From Candidatus Eiseniibacteriota bacterium (GTDB taxonomy: Bacteria > Eisenbacteria > RBG-16-71-46), in the NCBI GenBank assembly GCA_963717505.1, contig OY970342.1:288001-352000 (forward strand): a stretch of 64,000 bases of DNA, read 5' to 3'. Positions 11,187 to 19,938 of the stretch are shown here, one piece after another. Positions within the stretch are counted from its first letter, which is position 1, and each line of letters starts with the position of its first letter. Position numbers and translations under genes: made by a program. Below the pieces are notes generated by a model. That model saw only the letters and a list, made by a program, of their open reading frames with translations. It had not been told where the DNA came from and ran no database searches.

Positions 11187-12830
11187 CTACCGCGTCGTAT
11201 CCGGCGTGGCCGTCAGGTTGCGCAGGTCGTAGACCGAGTACTTCTTCGCTGCGTACAGGAAGTACGGCGCCAGGTCCGGCCGCTCGCCCTTCATCATGTA
11301 GTGCGTCGCGCCGTACTTTTCACGCAATGCGATCAGTTCCGGGATCGATAGGCTGTCGACGTTGGCCTCGAGCTGCTTGCCGATCCGGAAGCCTTTCTCG
11401 GTGAACGCCTCGCCCCGGTTCAAGTCCATCAGGCGTTCGCGCCATTCGATCAATCGGCGATCGAGCGGCGGGTGGCGCATCGACGCGATCTGCGCGCGCT
11501 CGGCGACCGGCCAGAATCCGTAGATGGTCGAGGTCACGAACACGGCGTCCTTCGGCGTGTTGTCGCGGATCCAGTCGAGCAGCTCCTCTTTCTCCTGGGG
11601 TCGCGGCCAGTCGCCGCGCATCACTTCGCCCAGGAATGTGTCGGGGGCATCGAGCGCCTTCTTGAGCACGTCGCGCTTGTACACCATCCAGCCGCCACCA
11701 GCGAGCACCAGGATCCACACCACCCACCCGAATCGCTTGATCGCCTCGCCGCTCGCCATCCACCCGAACAGGAAGATGAAGAAGAATAGCGGCGGCAAGG
11801 CACTCCCCAACTGGCCGGGATAGACCTTGAGCACGGTATCGAGCGCCAGTCGCTGCGCCACCACCGCGATCATGAAAAACCCGATCATCGCCAACACCCA
11901 CGCGCCGACGAATCGCGCCTCGCGCCGCTGCGGCCAGGCGAGGATCAGCAACGGCGCGAGCACGAACACGATGCCGGCGCCGGTCCACCGGTCCTGGCGC
12001 AACATGTAGTAGTCGACGTCGCAGCAGTGCGGCATCGCGAAGCGCACATAGATGTGGTCCATGAGCGCGCGTTCCTGGCTGGTGGCGCCCGAGGAGTGGA
12101 ACAGGACGACCGCGCCGACCAGCGGCACGATGAACGGGGCCGCGGCCGCCAGGAACACGAGGACCTGCCGCAGCGTGTATTCCTTGCGGCGCACCAGCAA
12201 CGTGATTGCCATCGCCAGCAAGGCCCACCCGCCGACGATGATGTGAAACGCTGTACCGAGTCCGGCCGCAGCACCGGCCCATGCCATTCGGCCGCGCAGC
12301 AGCAGCCAGACGGCGAAGAACATCAACGGGTACGAGAACGACTTGGGCTGGAAGCCCTCGAGCATCGAGCCGCACCAAGCCAGGGTCTGCCCCCATACCA
12401 GCCAGACCGCGAAGCCGGCGACCATCGCCCAGGGCCGGATGCGCAGCTCCTTGCAGACCAAGGCGATCGACCACGCGAGCAGCCCCCAGCACAGGAGCCG
12501 GCCGAGGATCACGATCAGGAAGCCGTCGCGGCTCAGTGCCCACAGTGGCGCCAACAGGTAGTCGTAGAGCGCGGTGGTCGCCGGCAGCTTGGCCCAGGTG
12601 AAGTCGTTGGCCAGGAACGACGGGTCGTGCACTCGGCGCGAGCCGATCAGATAGAGCTGCTCGTGGAACGCGACCCGGGTCTCCCAGCAGAAGACCAGCA
12701 TGAACAGGAAGATGAACCCGGCGGCGATCGTGTAGGGGTCGCGCAGAAGACGGAGCACGCCGCCCCCGGGGGGCCTGGCGTCGGTCGAGCGGTCGGTGGG
12801 TGTGTTCGAGGGCTGGGGGTGGACGAGCAT
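11187..12830 (-). CDS. Polytopic membrane protein (DUF6798-like, GT-C-like architecture)
   Basis: DPSFLANDF near the N-terminus, many TM helices, soluble C-terminus WIRDNTPKDAVF...EWRERL...KYGATH. Confidence 0.6.
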   Translation of the reverse strand: MLVHPQPSNTPTDRSTDARPPGGGVLRLLRDPYTIAAGFIFLFMLVFCWETRVAFHEQLYLIGSRRVHDPSFLANDFTWAKLPATTALYDYLLAPLWALSRDGFLIVILGRLLCWGLLAWSIALVCKELRIRPWAMVAGFAVWLVWGQTLAWCGSMLEGFQPKSFSYPLMFFAVWLLLRGRMAWAGAAAGLGTAFHIIVGGWALLAMAITLLVRRKEYTLRQVLVFLAAAAPFIVPLVGAVVLFHSSGATSQERALMDHIYVRFAMPHCCDVDYYMLRQDRWTGAGIVFVLAPLLILAWPQRREARFVGAWVLAMIGFFMIAVVAQRLALDTVLKVYPGQLGSALPPLFFFIFLFGWMASGEAIKRFGWVVWILVLAGGGWMVYKRDVLKKALDAPDTFLGEVMRGDWPRPQEKEELLDWIRDNTPKDAVFVTSTIYGFWPVAERAQIASMRHPPLDRRLIEWRERLMDLNRGEAFTEKGFRIGKQLEANVDSLSIPELIALREKYGATHYMMKGERPDLAPYFLYAAKKYSVYDLRNLTATPDTTR

Positions 12831-12935
12831 CGGCGAGCAACCATAACACCAGCCTGGAGAAACGGATCGGGCTACCGGGAATGATTTGGGGGTGGCGTAG
12901 GGGCGCCACCCCCGGGTGCGGCCTGGAGGACCAGT

Positions 12936-13781
12936 CTAGGCCGCGATACGCGCGCGCTTCTTCCGGAGCACGACCAACCCGACGCCGGCCAGCGCGAAAC
13001 CGAGGAGTGCGATGCTCACCGGCGACTGACCGGGCACGTTGACGGCCCCCTCGGTGTGGCTGGACGACCCGACCGCCGCCGTCGCCGACGAAGGGACATT
13101 CACGATCTTCGTGACATTGTTGGCGCGAATGTTCAGCGTATTTCCGGCCGATTGGTCGATCACGAAATTGCCGGAAGTGAAACCACCCGCGAACGACGCC
13201 GTGGGCACCAGCCCTGGTCTCGACTCGACCCGGATCGTGCCGACGAACACCGCGCCGGCGCCGTTCCCGTCGACATCGGCCTGGGCGGTGGCCGCGTCCG
13301 GATAGACGCGCAGGTTGCTGCTCGTGCCGGTCGAGCGGTTGGACGGGCTCTGAACCCGAAGCAGACCGTTCATGACCACCTGGACCTGAGTCGCGTTGAC
13401 CGGAGTCATGACGATGTCCATCGAGTCGATGACCGTGGTGTCGCCGACGGCCGCCACGCCCGGACCCGCCGTGGCGAGTCCCTTGATGAAGGTGCGGCGA
13501 AAGATGTCCCCATCGGCTGCGCCTGCGCGCGCACTGCCATAGCCAACATTGGCGCCGGCGTTCCCTGAACGGAAGCACACGCGGGCCAGCACACCGCCAC
13601 CCGCGACAGCGAAATCACTACACGGTCCAATGCCACCCGCCGCATCGGCTCCGACGCTGACGTAGCGGAACCCCGGGGCCGAGATGGCCACAGCGTGCGC
13701 TCCGGCCAGGGCGGCAAAGCCCGCCAAGCCTACGGCGGTGAGGAGTGCGACGGCGGCCTGCTTGTGAACGTTTCGAATCAT
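12936..13781 (-). CDS. Secreted hypothetical protein with IPTL-CTERM-like C-terminal anchor
   Basis: Signal peptide. C-terminus VPGQSPVSIALLGFALAGVGLVVLRKKRARIAA is motif + TM helix + basic tail. AGGAGG RBS upstream. Confidence 0.7.
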   Translation of the reverse strand: MIRNVHKQAAVALLTAVGLAGFAALAGAHAVAISAPGFRYVSVGADAAGGIGPCSDFAVAGGGVLARVCFRSGNAGANVGYGSARAGAADGDIFRRTFIKGLATAGPGVAAVGDTTVIDSMDIVMTPVNATQVQVVMNGLLRVQSPSNRSTGTSSNLRVYPDAATAQADVDGNGAGAVFVGTIRVESRPGLVPTASFAGGFTSGNFVIDQSAGNTLNIRANNVTKIVNVPSSATAAVGSSSHTEGAVNVPGQSPVSIALLGFALAGVGLVVLRKKRARIAA

Positions 13782-13851
13782 CGTGTTTCCTCCTGTCCCG
13801 TCGACCAAACCGGCCGGCGGCACGTATGGGATGGGAGGCTGCGAGCCCATG

Positions 13852-13911
13852 AACAAAAAGAAACGAGCCGGCCCCTCAATGGTGAACTTCGACCGAGAGG
13901 GGCTCGGCTCG
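13852..13911 (-). terminator. Probable intrinsic terminator downstream of the ATP-grasp gene
   Basis: On the minus strand: CGAGCCGAGCCCCTC...GAGGGGCCGGCTCG stem followed by TTTCTTTTTGTT. Confidence 0.6.
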
Positions 13912-13982
13912 ATGCGCGGAATTATGCGCCCGACGATCGGAAAGTCAACGACTTGTTTCGGGGTCGGGTTTCGCCGCGAATT

Positions 13983-15020
13983 CTAGGGTGTTTGCGGCCG
14001 GTTCCCGTTGCCGTAGCGGGTCATCGCCAGCTCGACGATTCCGTTGATCAGCCCGGGGTAGTCGCGGCCTGACTCCTGGGCCGCCATCGCGAACTCGGCG
14101 CCGGGCAACAGGTGCGGGTTGGGGTTGACCTCGAGCACGTGCACCGTGCCGTCGCTCGCCACGCGAAAGTCGATGCGGCCGTAGTCGCGCAGCTCGAGCG
14201 CCTGGAACGCCTGGACCGCGGTCTGCTGGAGCTTGGCGGTCAGCTCCTCATCGAGATCCTTGGGGAAGAACGGCTGCGTGATCTTGTACGCCTCGGTGTC
14301 TTCCTCCCACTTCACTTCAGTGCCCGCGATCTTGGGCGTGCCCTTCGGCAGCTTGGACAGATCCAGCTCGACCACGGGTAGCGCCTCGGCGCGCTCGTTG
14401 CCGATCACCGCGACGTAGAACTCGCGGCCCTCGATGTACTCCTCGATCAGCGCCGGCGTATCGAAGTGCGCGTGGATGTAGTCGATGCGCTCCATCAGCT
14501 CCTTGATCGACCCACACACGGCACCAAACTGGATGCCGATCGAGCCGTCCTCGCGCGCCGGCTTGACGATCACCGGGAACGAGATGTCGTGCGCGTGCTC
14601 GGTGCGGCCGCGGAACACCAGGGCGAAGGTCGGCGTGTGGATACCGTGGAACTGGAAGATCTTCTTGGCCAGGGCCTTGTCCTGCGCCAGGTAGAGACCG
14701 TGGGACCCGGCGCCGGTGAAACGCCGGCCGAGCAGCTCGAGATACGCGGCGACGTTGGTGTCGTAGCCGTCGTTGCCGCCGAACGACTCGACCAGGTTGA
14801 AGATCAGGTCGGTCTCGGTCTCGGCCAGCTCCTTGAGGCAATCCGGCGTGCCGTCGAGCCGCAGGAAGATGGGGCTGTGCCCGACTTCCTTGAGCGTCTC
14901 GTAGATCTTCTGGATGTCGTCGTCGGGCGACTGGCGCTTGGGGCGCGGACGTTCGCCGTCACGCGCCTCGTCTTCGTCCCACCAGTAGTCGTAGAGCACG
15001 CCGATGCGGAGCTTGGCCAA
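13983..15020 (-). CDS. D-Ala-D-Ala ligase-like ATP-grasp enzyme
   Basis: FNLVE, FTGAG, QDKALAK, IVKPAREDGSIGI, EEYIEGREF, YGRIDFR and LEVNPNP. It lacks the N-terminal GG.S.E motif of canonical Ddl. Confidence 0.85.
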   Translation of the reverse strand: MAKLRIGVLYDYWWDEDEARDGERPRPKRQSPDDDIQKIYETLKEVGHSPIFLRLDGTPDCLKELAETETDLIFNLVESFGGNDGYDTNVAAYLELLGRRFTGAGSHGLYLAQDKALAKKIFQFHGIHTPTFALVFRGRTEHAHDISFPVIVKPAREDGSIGIQFGAVCGSIKELMERIDYIHAHFDTPALIEEYIEGREFYVAVIGNERAEALPVVELDLSKLPKGTPKIAGTEVKWEEDTEAYKITQPFFPKDLDEELTAKLQQTAVQAFQALELRDYGRIDFRVASDGTVHVLEVNPNPHLLPGAEFAMAAQESGRDYPGLINGIVELAMTRYGNGNRPQTP

Positions 15021-15072
15021 TGGATGCCTCCCGCCCCTGGGAACTCGGGGACCCCTTCCGTGGGTTCCGGGC

Positions 15073-16086
15073 TCAGCTCAGGACGAATCTCCCCCGCGTC
15101 AGGTAGTTCATCGCCATCGTGGTGCCGTACGCGGTCAGCTCCACGAGATATTCGCCCTCCCGGGTGGTCGCGGCCTGGAGCCCGAGTTCCCGGCAGGTGC
15201 GGATGATGCGCTCGACCAGCGCGCGCACGACCGGGCGCTTGACCCCGGTCCAGTAGGTGATCTTGTCGGTCAGCGTCTCGCGGTGCGCCTGTAGAAGATC
15301 GGCCGCCGGGCGCACGTTCTTGCGCCGGCGTCCGGCCGGAATGAACAGATCGGCAAGGTCGCTTTCCAGCGCCACGTTCACGCCTGCCCCGTTCTGGCGA
15401 ATCAGCCGCCGGTAGAACTGCGCCACCGTGAGCTTCATGTCCTCGACCGTGATGTCGAAATCTCCAGTCGACACCGCCGGATCCTGATCGCGGACCGAAC
15501 GTACGACGCGGTCAACATACCGCAGCTTGATGAGCGCTGGCCAGAGCTTGTACTTGTGCCGCCAGTTGGAACGCGGCGTCAACCACACCGCAAACGTTTC
15601 GGCGAAGTCTTCGTCGGGGTGCTTCTGCGCGTACCAGCCCGCAATGTGCCGCACGTACTTGCGGCTGAACGGCACCGGACGGTAGTGGTCGCGATAGCGT
15701 CGGTTGTAGGGGCCGAACAGCTTGCGCCACTCGGGCGTCGCATACAGACGATACGCGTAGTTGAACGCGTGGCCGGCCTCGTGACGCAGGTACATCATGA
15801 TCTCCTGCGCGTCTTCGAGGTCGTTCATCTGGCGTTCGAGTCGGGCGAGCTTGGGATCGGCGAGATAGAACGGAATCCCGATTACCGGCTGTCCGTCGGG
15901 ACAGCCCCACTCGTCGGTCAAGTAGCACACCGGCCGAAATTTCTTGAGCCCCTTGCGCTCCAGCTCGCGATAGAGCTGATGGACGAAGTGCTCGACCGGC
16001 GAACCCTCGAGCCGCAGTCCGAGCTGGCTGATGCGCTTGCCGAGCAGCTCCTGAACGTCGGGCGGGGTTTTCTCGAAGTCGGTCAT
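15073..16086 (-). CDS. Putative zinc-binding metallopeptidase (zincin-like)
   Basis: LRHEAGHA (HExxH) and YAQKHPDEDFAETFAVWL. ATG at 16086. Confidence 0.8.
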   Translation of the reverse strand: MTDFEKTPPDVQELLGKRISQLGLRLEGSPVEHFVHQLYRELERKGLKKFRPVCYLTDEWGCPDGQPVIGIPFYLADPKLARLERQMNDLEDAQEIMMYLRHEAGHAFNYAYRLYATPEWRKLFGPYNRRYRDHYRPVPFSRKYVRHIAGWYAQKHPDEDFAETFAVWLTPRSNWRHKYKLWPALIKLRYVDRVVRSVRDQDPAVSTGDFDITVEDMKLTVAQFYRRLIRQNGAGVNVALESDLADLFIPAGRRRKNVRPAADLLQAHRETLTDKITYWTGVKRPVVRALVERIIRTCRELGLQAATTREGEYLVELTAYGTTMAMNYLTRGRFVLS

Positions 16087-16184
16087 GGTTCCGGATGAGG
16101 GTCGAGGGGCTGAGGCAGCCGCTGATGCTATCCGGCCCCTCGGGGGGCGACAAGCGCTGCGCGGTTCCGCTAGATTGGGCGGGA

Positions 16185-16889
16185 ATGTCGGCAAAGACGC
16201 GACCTCGCGAACCACGTCACTGGGTGTGGCGCATTTTGACGATGCTGGCTCTGCTCGCGGGGCTCTACGATCCGGCGTGGGCGCAGTCCGACCCGGCGCC
16301 GGCGCCGCCCAAGCTCGCACGGCCACGCTCGGTGGTCCCCACCTGAAGTGGTTGACCCGGCGAGGGGGCGCCGCTCCGGGGGAGCGGACTTCATACTCCG
16401 TGGACCATGTCGTTGCGCTGGGTGGACTTCGAGGTCGAGCGCGCGCGCTGGCGGGCGACTGCGGCTTATCGGATCCTGCACACCGTTCAGCTCGGCGTTG
16501 AGTACAATATCGCCGCCAACGAGTTGGCGCCGCTCGCGACCTGGTTCCTGATGACCGAGGACGATCGCCGGCCGGCGGTGTTCCTGGGGACCAGCTCCGA
16601 TCGGATCGGTTCGCCGGAAGGCACGCAGTCGTACTACCTGACCGCAGCCAAGGCGTTCCCGGTCGTGCGCACGGCGCCCTACGTGACCATCAACTACTCC
16701 GAATGGGATTCCGGATGGAACATCCCCTTCGGGGCCAACGTCGACCTAGGTGGCGGGTTCTCGGTGCTGCCGATGTACGATGGCGAGCGCGGGCATCTCA
16801 CCGGCAGCTGGTCGAACGACCGAATGAGCGTCACGGCGCTTTGGGTGTGGTTCGAACATTTCGGCGTGGCCGCGGCCGTGGGATTCTGA
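16185..16889 (+). CDS. Candidate double-selenocysteine (UxxU) exported beta-barrel-like protein with two in-frame TGA codons
   Basis: ORFs 16095..16346 and 16407..16889 share one frame. The only stops between them are TGA 16344-46 and TGA 16353-55 (VVPT-U-SG-U-PGEGAPLRGSGLHTPWTMSLRW). Signal peptide ends AWA|Q. The C-part has amphipathic beta strands and terminal Phe. Start could instead be 16224 or 16242. Confidence 0.7.
16358..16387 (+). promoter_or_regulatory. SECIS-like stem-loop(s) directly 3' of the in-frame TGA codons
   Basis: CCGCTCC-GGG-GGAGCGG is a perfect 7-bp stem (16371-16387). CGGCG-AGGGGG-CGCCG (16358-16373) is an overlapping alternative. Both have G-rich apical loops at bacterial-SECIS-like spacing. 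Confidence 0.6.
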
Positions 16890-16911
16890 ACTCTCGAAGG
16901 AGATCGATGTC

Positions 16912-17604
16912 ATGAGATTCGCGATGATCGCGTTGCTCCTGTGCCTGGGGGTGTCGACGGCGTCGGCCGGCGAGCCCGCGGCCGCGGCGAGCGACAAGGC
17001 CTCCAGCGATGCGCCGGCGCTGCAGACTGCGGTCTGCCCGGTGTGCCGGCTCAACGGCGAAACCGAGCCCGAAGCGGTGAAGGCGACGCGCATCTGGAAC
17101 GGAACCACCTACGGGTTCTGCTCCGACAAGTGCGCGCAGACCTTCGACGCCAATCCCGCCGCCTACGTGCTCGGCGAACTGCCGTACACCGCACCCGCGC
17201 TCGCGGCCAAGGGGCTGGACGGCAAGCCGGTCACCCTCGAGAAGCATGCCGGCCAGATCGTGCTGGTCGACTTCTGGGCGACCTGGTGTGCGCCCTGCAT
17301 CAAGACCATGCCCGAGCTGCAGAAGCTGCACGATCGCTACGCGTCGCAAGGTGTGGTGATCCTCGGACTGTCGGTCGACGAGGATCCCAAGAAGGTCACC
17401 AAGTTCCTCAAGGGCAAGAAACTCACCTACCCGATCGCCCTCGATGCCGGCGAAACGCCGGCGTTCCAGACCTGGGGTGTTCAGGCCGTCCCGGCCGCGT
17501 TCCTGGTCGACCGTAGCGGCAAGGTGGTGGCGCGCTGGCTGGGTCGCACGGACCCGCGCGCCGTCGAGGAGGAAATCGAACTCCTTTTGAAAGCCGGCTC
17601 CTGA
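16912..17604 (+). CDS. Exported TlpA-family thioredoxin-like protein with N-terminal YHS-like metal-binding domain
   Basis: Signal peptide, CPVC...YGFCSDKC..TFDANP (YHS), LVDFWATWCAPC, cis-Pro motif AVP. GAAGGAG RBS. Confidence 0.88.
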   Translation: MRFAMIALLLCLGVSTASAGEPAAAASDKASSDAPALQTAVCPVCRLNGETEPEAVKATRIWNGTTYGFCSDKCAQTFDANPAAYVLGELPYTAPALAAKGLDGKPVTLEKHAGQIVLVDFWATWCAPCIKTMPELQKLHDRYASQGVVILGLSVDEDPKKVTKFLKGKKLTYPIALDAGETPAFQTWGVQAVPAAFLVDRSGKVVARWLGRTDPRAVEEEIELLLKAGS

Positions 17605-17753
17605 CCGAATTGCCGAATACCGGGCTTTGGCCCGGCTTCGGTCAAGGTCCGGACAAGATTACGCGACCTCCTGCAATTCCGTGGGACAACACACATCTCA
17701 ACCGGTAGCCTGTCGACTCTGGTTCCCGTCCTCCCTCTGAAAGGAGCAACTTC

Positions 17754-18407
17754 ATGAAGCGCGTACTCATGCTGGCGGCAATGGCCCTGGCCGCGACGGC
17801 GTCGCTGGTCGGCGCCGAGCCCGCCCCCTACAAGATCGACGTGACCCACTCGGAAGTCGGCTTCCGGATCCGCCACTTCTTCTCGAAGACGCCAGGCCGG
17901 TTCAACGACTACGCCGGCACGATCATGTTCGACGACAAGAACCTCGCGAACTCGTCGGTGGACGTGACCATCCAGACCGCGAGCATCTACACCAACAACG
18001 AGAAGCGCGACGGCCACCTGAAGAGCGCGGACTTCTTCGACGCCGAGAAACACCCGACGCTCACCTTCAAGAGCACCAAGATCGAGCCGGGCGAAGGCGG
18101 CAAGTTCAAGATCCACGGCGACCTGACCATGCGTGGCGTGACCAAGCCGGTGGTGCTCGATGCCGAGCTGGTCGGCAGTGGCAATCTAGGCCAGATGGGC
18201 ACGCGCGCCGGGTTCGCCGCCTCGACCATGGTCAATCGCAAGGACTACGGCATCCTCTGGAACCGGACGCTCGACCAGGGCGGCACCATGCTCGACGACA
18301 ATGTCACGATCGAGATCCAGATCGAGGCGATCAAGGTGGATCCGGCCAAGGAAGCAGCCGCAAAGGAAGCGGCGAAGCCGGCGGCGCCGGCCACGACTTC
18401 GAAGTAA
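17754..18407 (+). CDS. YceI family protein
   Basis: YKIDVTHSEVGFRIRH, RDGHLKSADFFD, GDLTMRGVTKPV and NRKDYGI. Signal peptide; AAAGGAG RBS. Confidence 0.92.
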   Translation: MKRVLMLAAMALAATASLVGAEPAPYKIDVTHSEVGFRIRHFFSKTPGRFNDYAGTIMFDDKNLANSSVDVTIQTASIYTNNEKRDGHLKSADFFDAEKHPTLTFKSTKIEPGEGGKFKIHGDLTMRGVTKPVVLDAELVGSGNLGQMGTRAGFAASTMVNRKDYGILWNRTLDQGGTMLDDNVTIEIQIEAIKVDPAKEAAAKEAAKPAAPATTSK

Positions 18408-18430
18408 CCCTTCGCCGTCTCGGCAAAGCA

Positions 18431-18465
18431 AACGGCCTCCCGTCACCGGGAGGCCGTTCTGTTTT
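18431..18465. terminator. Intrinsic terminator between convergent genes
   Basis: AACGGCCTCCCG-TCAC-CGGGAGGCCGTT stem followed by CTGTTTT. Confidence 0.75.
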
Positions 18466-18515
18466 CGCTACGGTAGGCCGCCGCCGCTTCCTCGCTCGAC
18501 GCGGGGCGGGTGCGA

Positions 18516-19130
18516 CTAGGGCTTGGTCTGGCTGGTTTCCGATGCCGAGCCTTCGACTGCCTTCGCACCAGTGCCGGCTTCCGCATCGGGGTGCGCGGCG
18601 ACCCACGTGTCGATCGCGGTCTTGAGTGCCGCGTGCTCTTCGGTGGCGCGCAGGCGCTCGAGTTGCGCGAGCTGCTCGCGAGCGCCCACCAGGTTGCCCA
18701 TCGCCAGGTGGGTTTCGCCCAGGTACTCGCGCGCCGGCGCATAGTCGAACTTGATTTCGAGGCACTTCTCGTACGCGGCCAGCGAGCGTTTGTAGTCGTT
18801 CAAGTTGCGCGCGGCGTAGCCGACCAGGTTCCAGGCTTCGAAGTACTTCTCGTCGAACTGGGTCGCGCGCTCGGCGCGGTCGAGTGCTTTGCGGAACTTC
18901 TTCTCGGCGTTCTTGGTCTTGCCCTTGGCCAGATCCTGCTTGGCCTTGCCGATCTCCTCGTAGGCCCCGGCGTAACTCAGCTCGGCTTCCTGCCGCGGGG
19001 TCTTGGCCTCGTTCGAACTCTCGGGCAGCGAAGAGGGCGTCGAGGGCGGTGAGGGCGGCGGCGAACCCCCATTGGCGTACGCGCTGCCAGCCACCAGCAG
19101 CAATGCGGGAATCAGCTTTCGAACGTTCAT
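18516..19130 (-). CDS. Secreted tetratricopeptide repeat protein
   Basis: Signal peptide; TPR patterns EAWNLVGYAAR and AREYLGETHL. Confidence 0.8.
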   Translation of the reverse strand: MNVRKLIPALLLVAGSAYANGGSPPPSPPSTPSSLPESSNEAKTPRQEAELSYAGAYEEIGKAKQDLAKGKTKNAEKKFRKALDRAERATQFDEKYFEAWNLVGYAARNLNDYKRSLAAYEKCLEIKFDYAPAREYLGETHLAMGNLVGAREQLAQLERLRATEEHAALKTAIDTWVAAHPDAEAGTGAKAVEGSASETSQTKP

Positions 19131-19246
19131 GACGGACCTCACGGTTACGGCCGGGACATCGCCCGTCTACCCGCTCGCAGGTTCGACGCGGCTGGGCGCT
19201 CGTCCGAATTCTGCCACGGTTCCCACCGCGGTGGTAGTCTGCACCC

Positions 19247-19888
19247 ATGCCGACCCGACGAGGATCACGGCCGAGTCCGCGACGGTCCGCGACAAAACGA
19301 CGCAAGACGGTGCGTCCCAAGTCCATCGCCGCTCGTTCGAGAGCGACCGCCGCCGGGCCGGCACGCCGCAAGGCCGTCGCCGCACGCCCCACCCCCGCCC
19401 AGGACTCGATGTACCGATTGCGCATCGTCGAGATGCTGTCGGGAGGCAACGCTCACGTCACGTTCGCCGGCGCGATCGCCGAGTTCCCCGTGGAGTTGCG
19501 CGGCCAGCTGCCTCCGGGTGCAGCGCACACCCCATGGCAGGTGCTCGAGCACATGCGCATTACCCAATGGGACATCCTGGAATTCAGCCGCGACCCGGCT
19601 CATGTGTCGCCCAAGTTTCCGGATGGCTACTGGCCGGTCGAGGGCACACCCCCCGACGCCCGCGCGTGGGACCGTTGCATCGCCAAGTTCAACGCGGACC
19701 TCGATGCCATGAAGAAGTTGGTCGCTGACCCGCGGCGCGACCTGCACGCGCGCCTGATCCATCCGGACGCCAAGCCGCATCACACGCTGGCGCGCGAGGC
19801 CCTGGTGCTCGCGGATCACAACTCCTATCACCTTGGCGAGCTGATCCTAATCCGCCGCCTGCTCGGCGCGTGGCCCCGGACCCGGTAG
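19247..19888 (+). CDS. DinB family protein
   Basis: GGNAH, WQVLEHMRITQWDIL and DHNSYHLGE. The basic N-terminal extension and start are uncertain. Confidence 0.85.
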   Translation: MPTRRGSRPSPRRSATKRRKTVRPKSIAARSRATAAGPARRKAVAARPTPAQDSMYRLRIVEMLSGGNAHVTFAGAIAEFPVELRGQLPPGAAHTPWQVLEHMRITQWDILEFSRDPAHVSPKFPDGYWPVEGTPPDARAWDRCIAKFNADLDAMKKLVADPRRDLHARLIHPDAKPHHTLAREALVLADHNSYHLGELILIRRLLGAWPRTR

Positions 19889-19938
19889 CCGCACACTCGC
19901 CCCGCGGCGTTCGCGGCTGCCTGGGTCGGTAGCCGACC

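Noticed and set aside
13983-15020. Housekeeping ddl gene symbol
   Set aside because: Lacks the canonical N-terminal motif, is not in a mur/dcw cluster, and is paired with a zincin peptidase.
16344-16355. TGA reassigned genome-wide (genetic code 4 or 25) as the explanation for the in-frame TGAs
   Set aside because: Many genes here end at TGA exactly where the family ends (e.g. 17604, 34437, 54486), and Trp is encoded by TGG.
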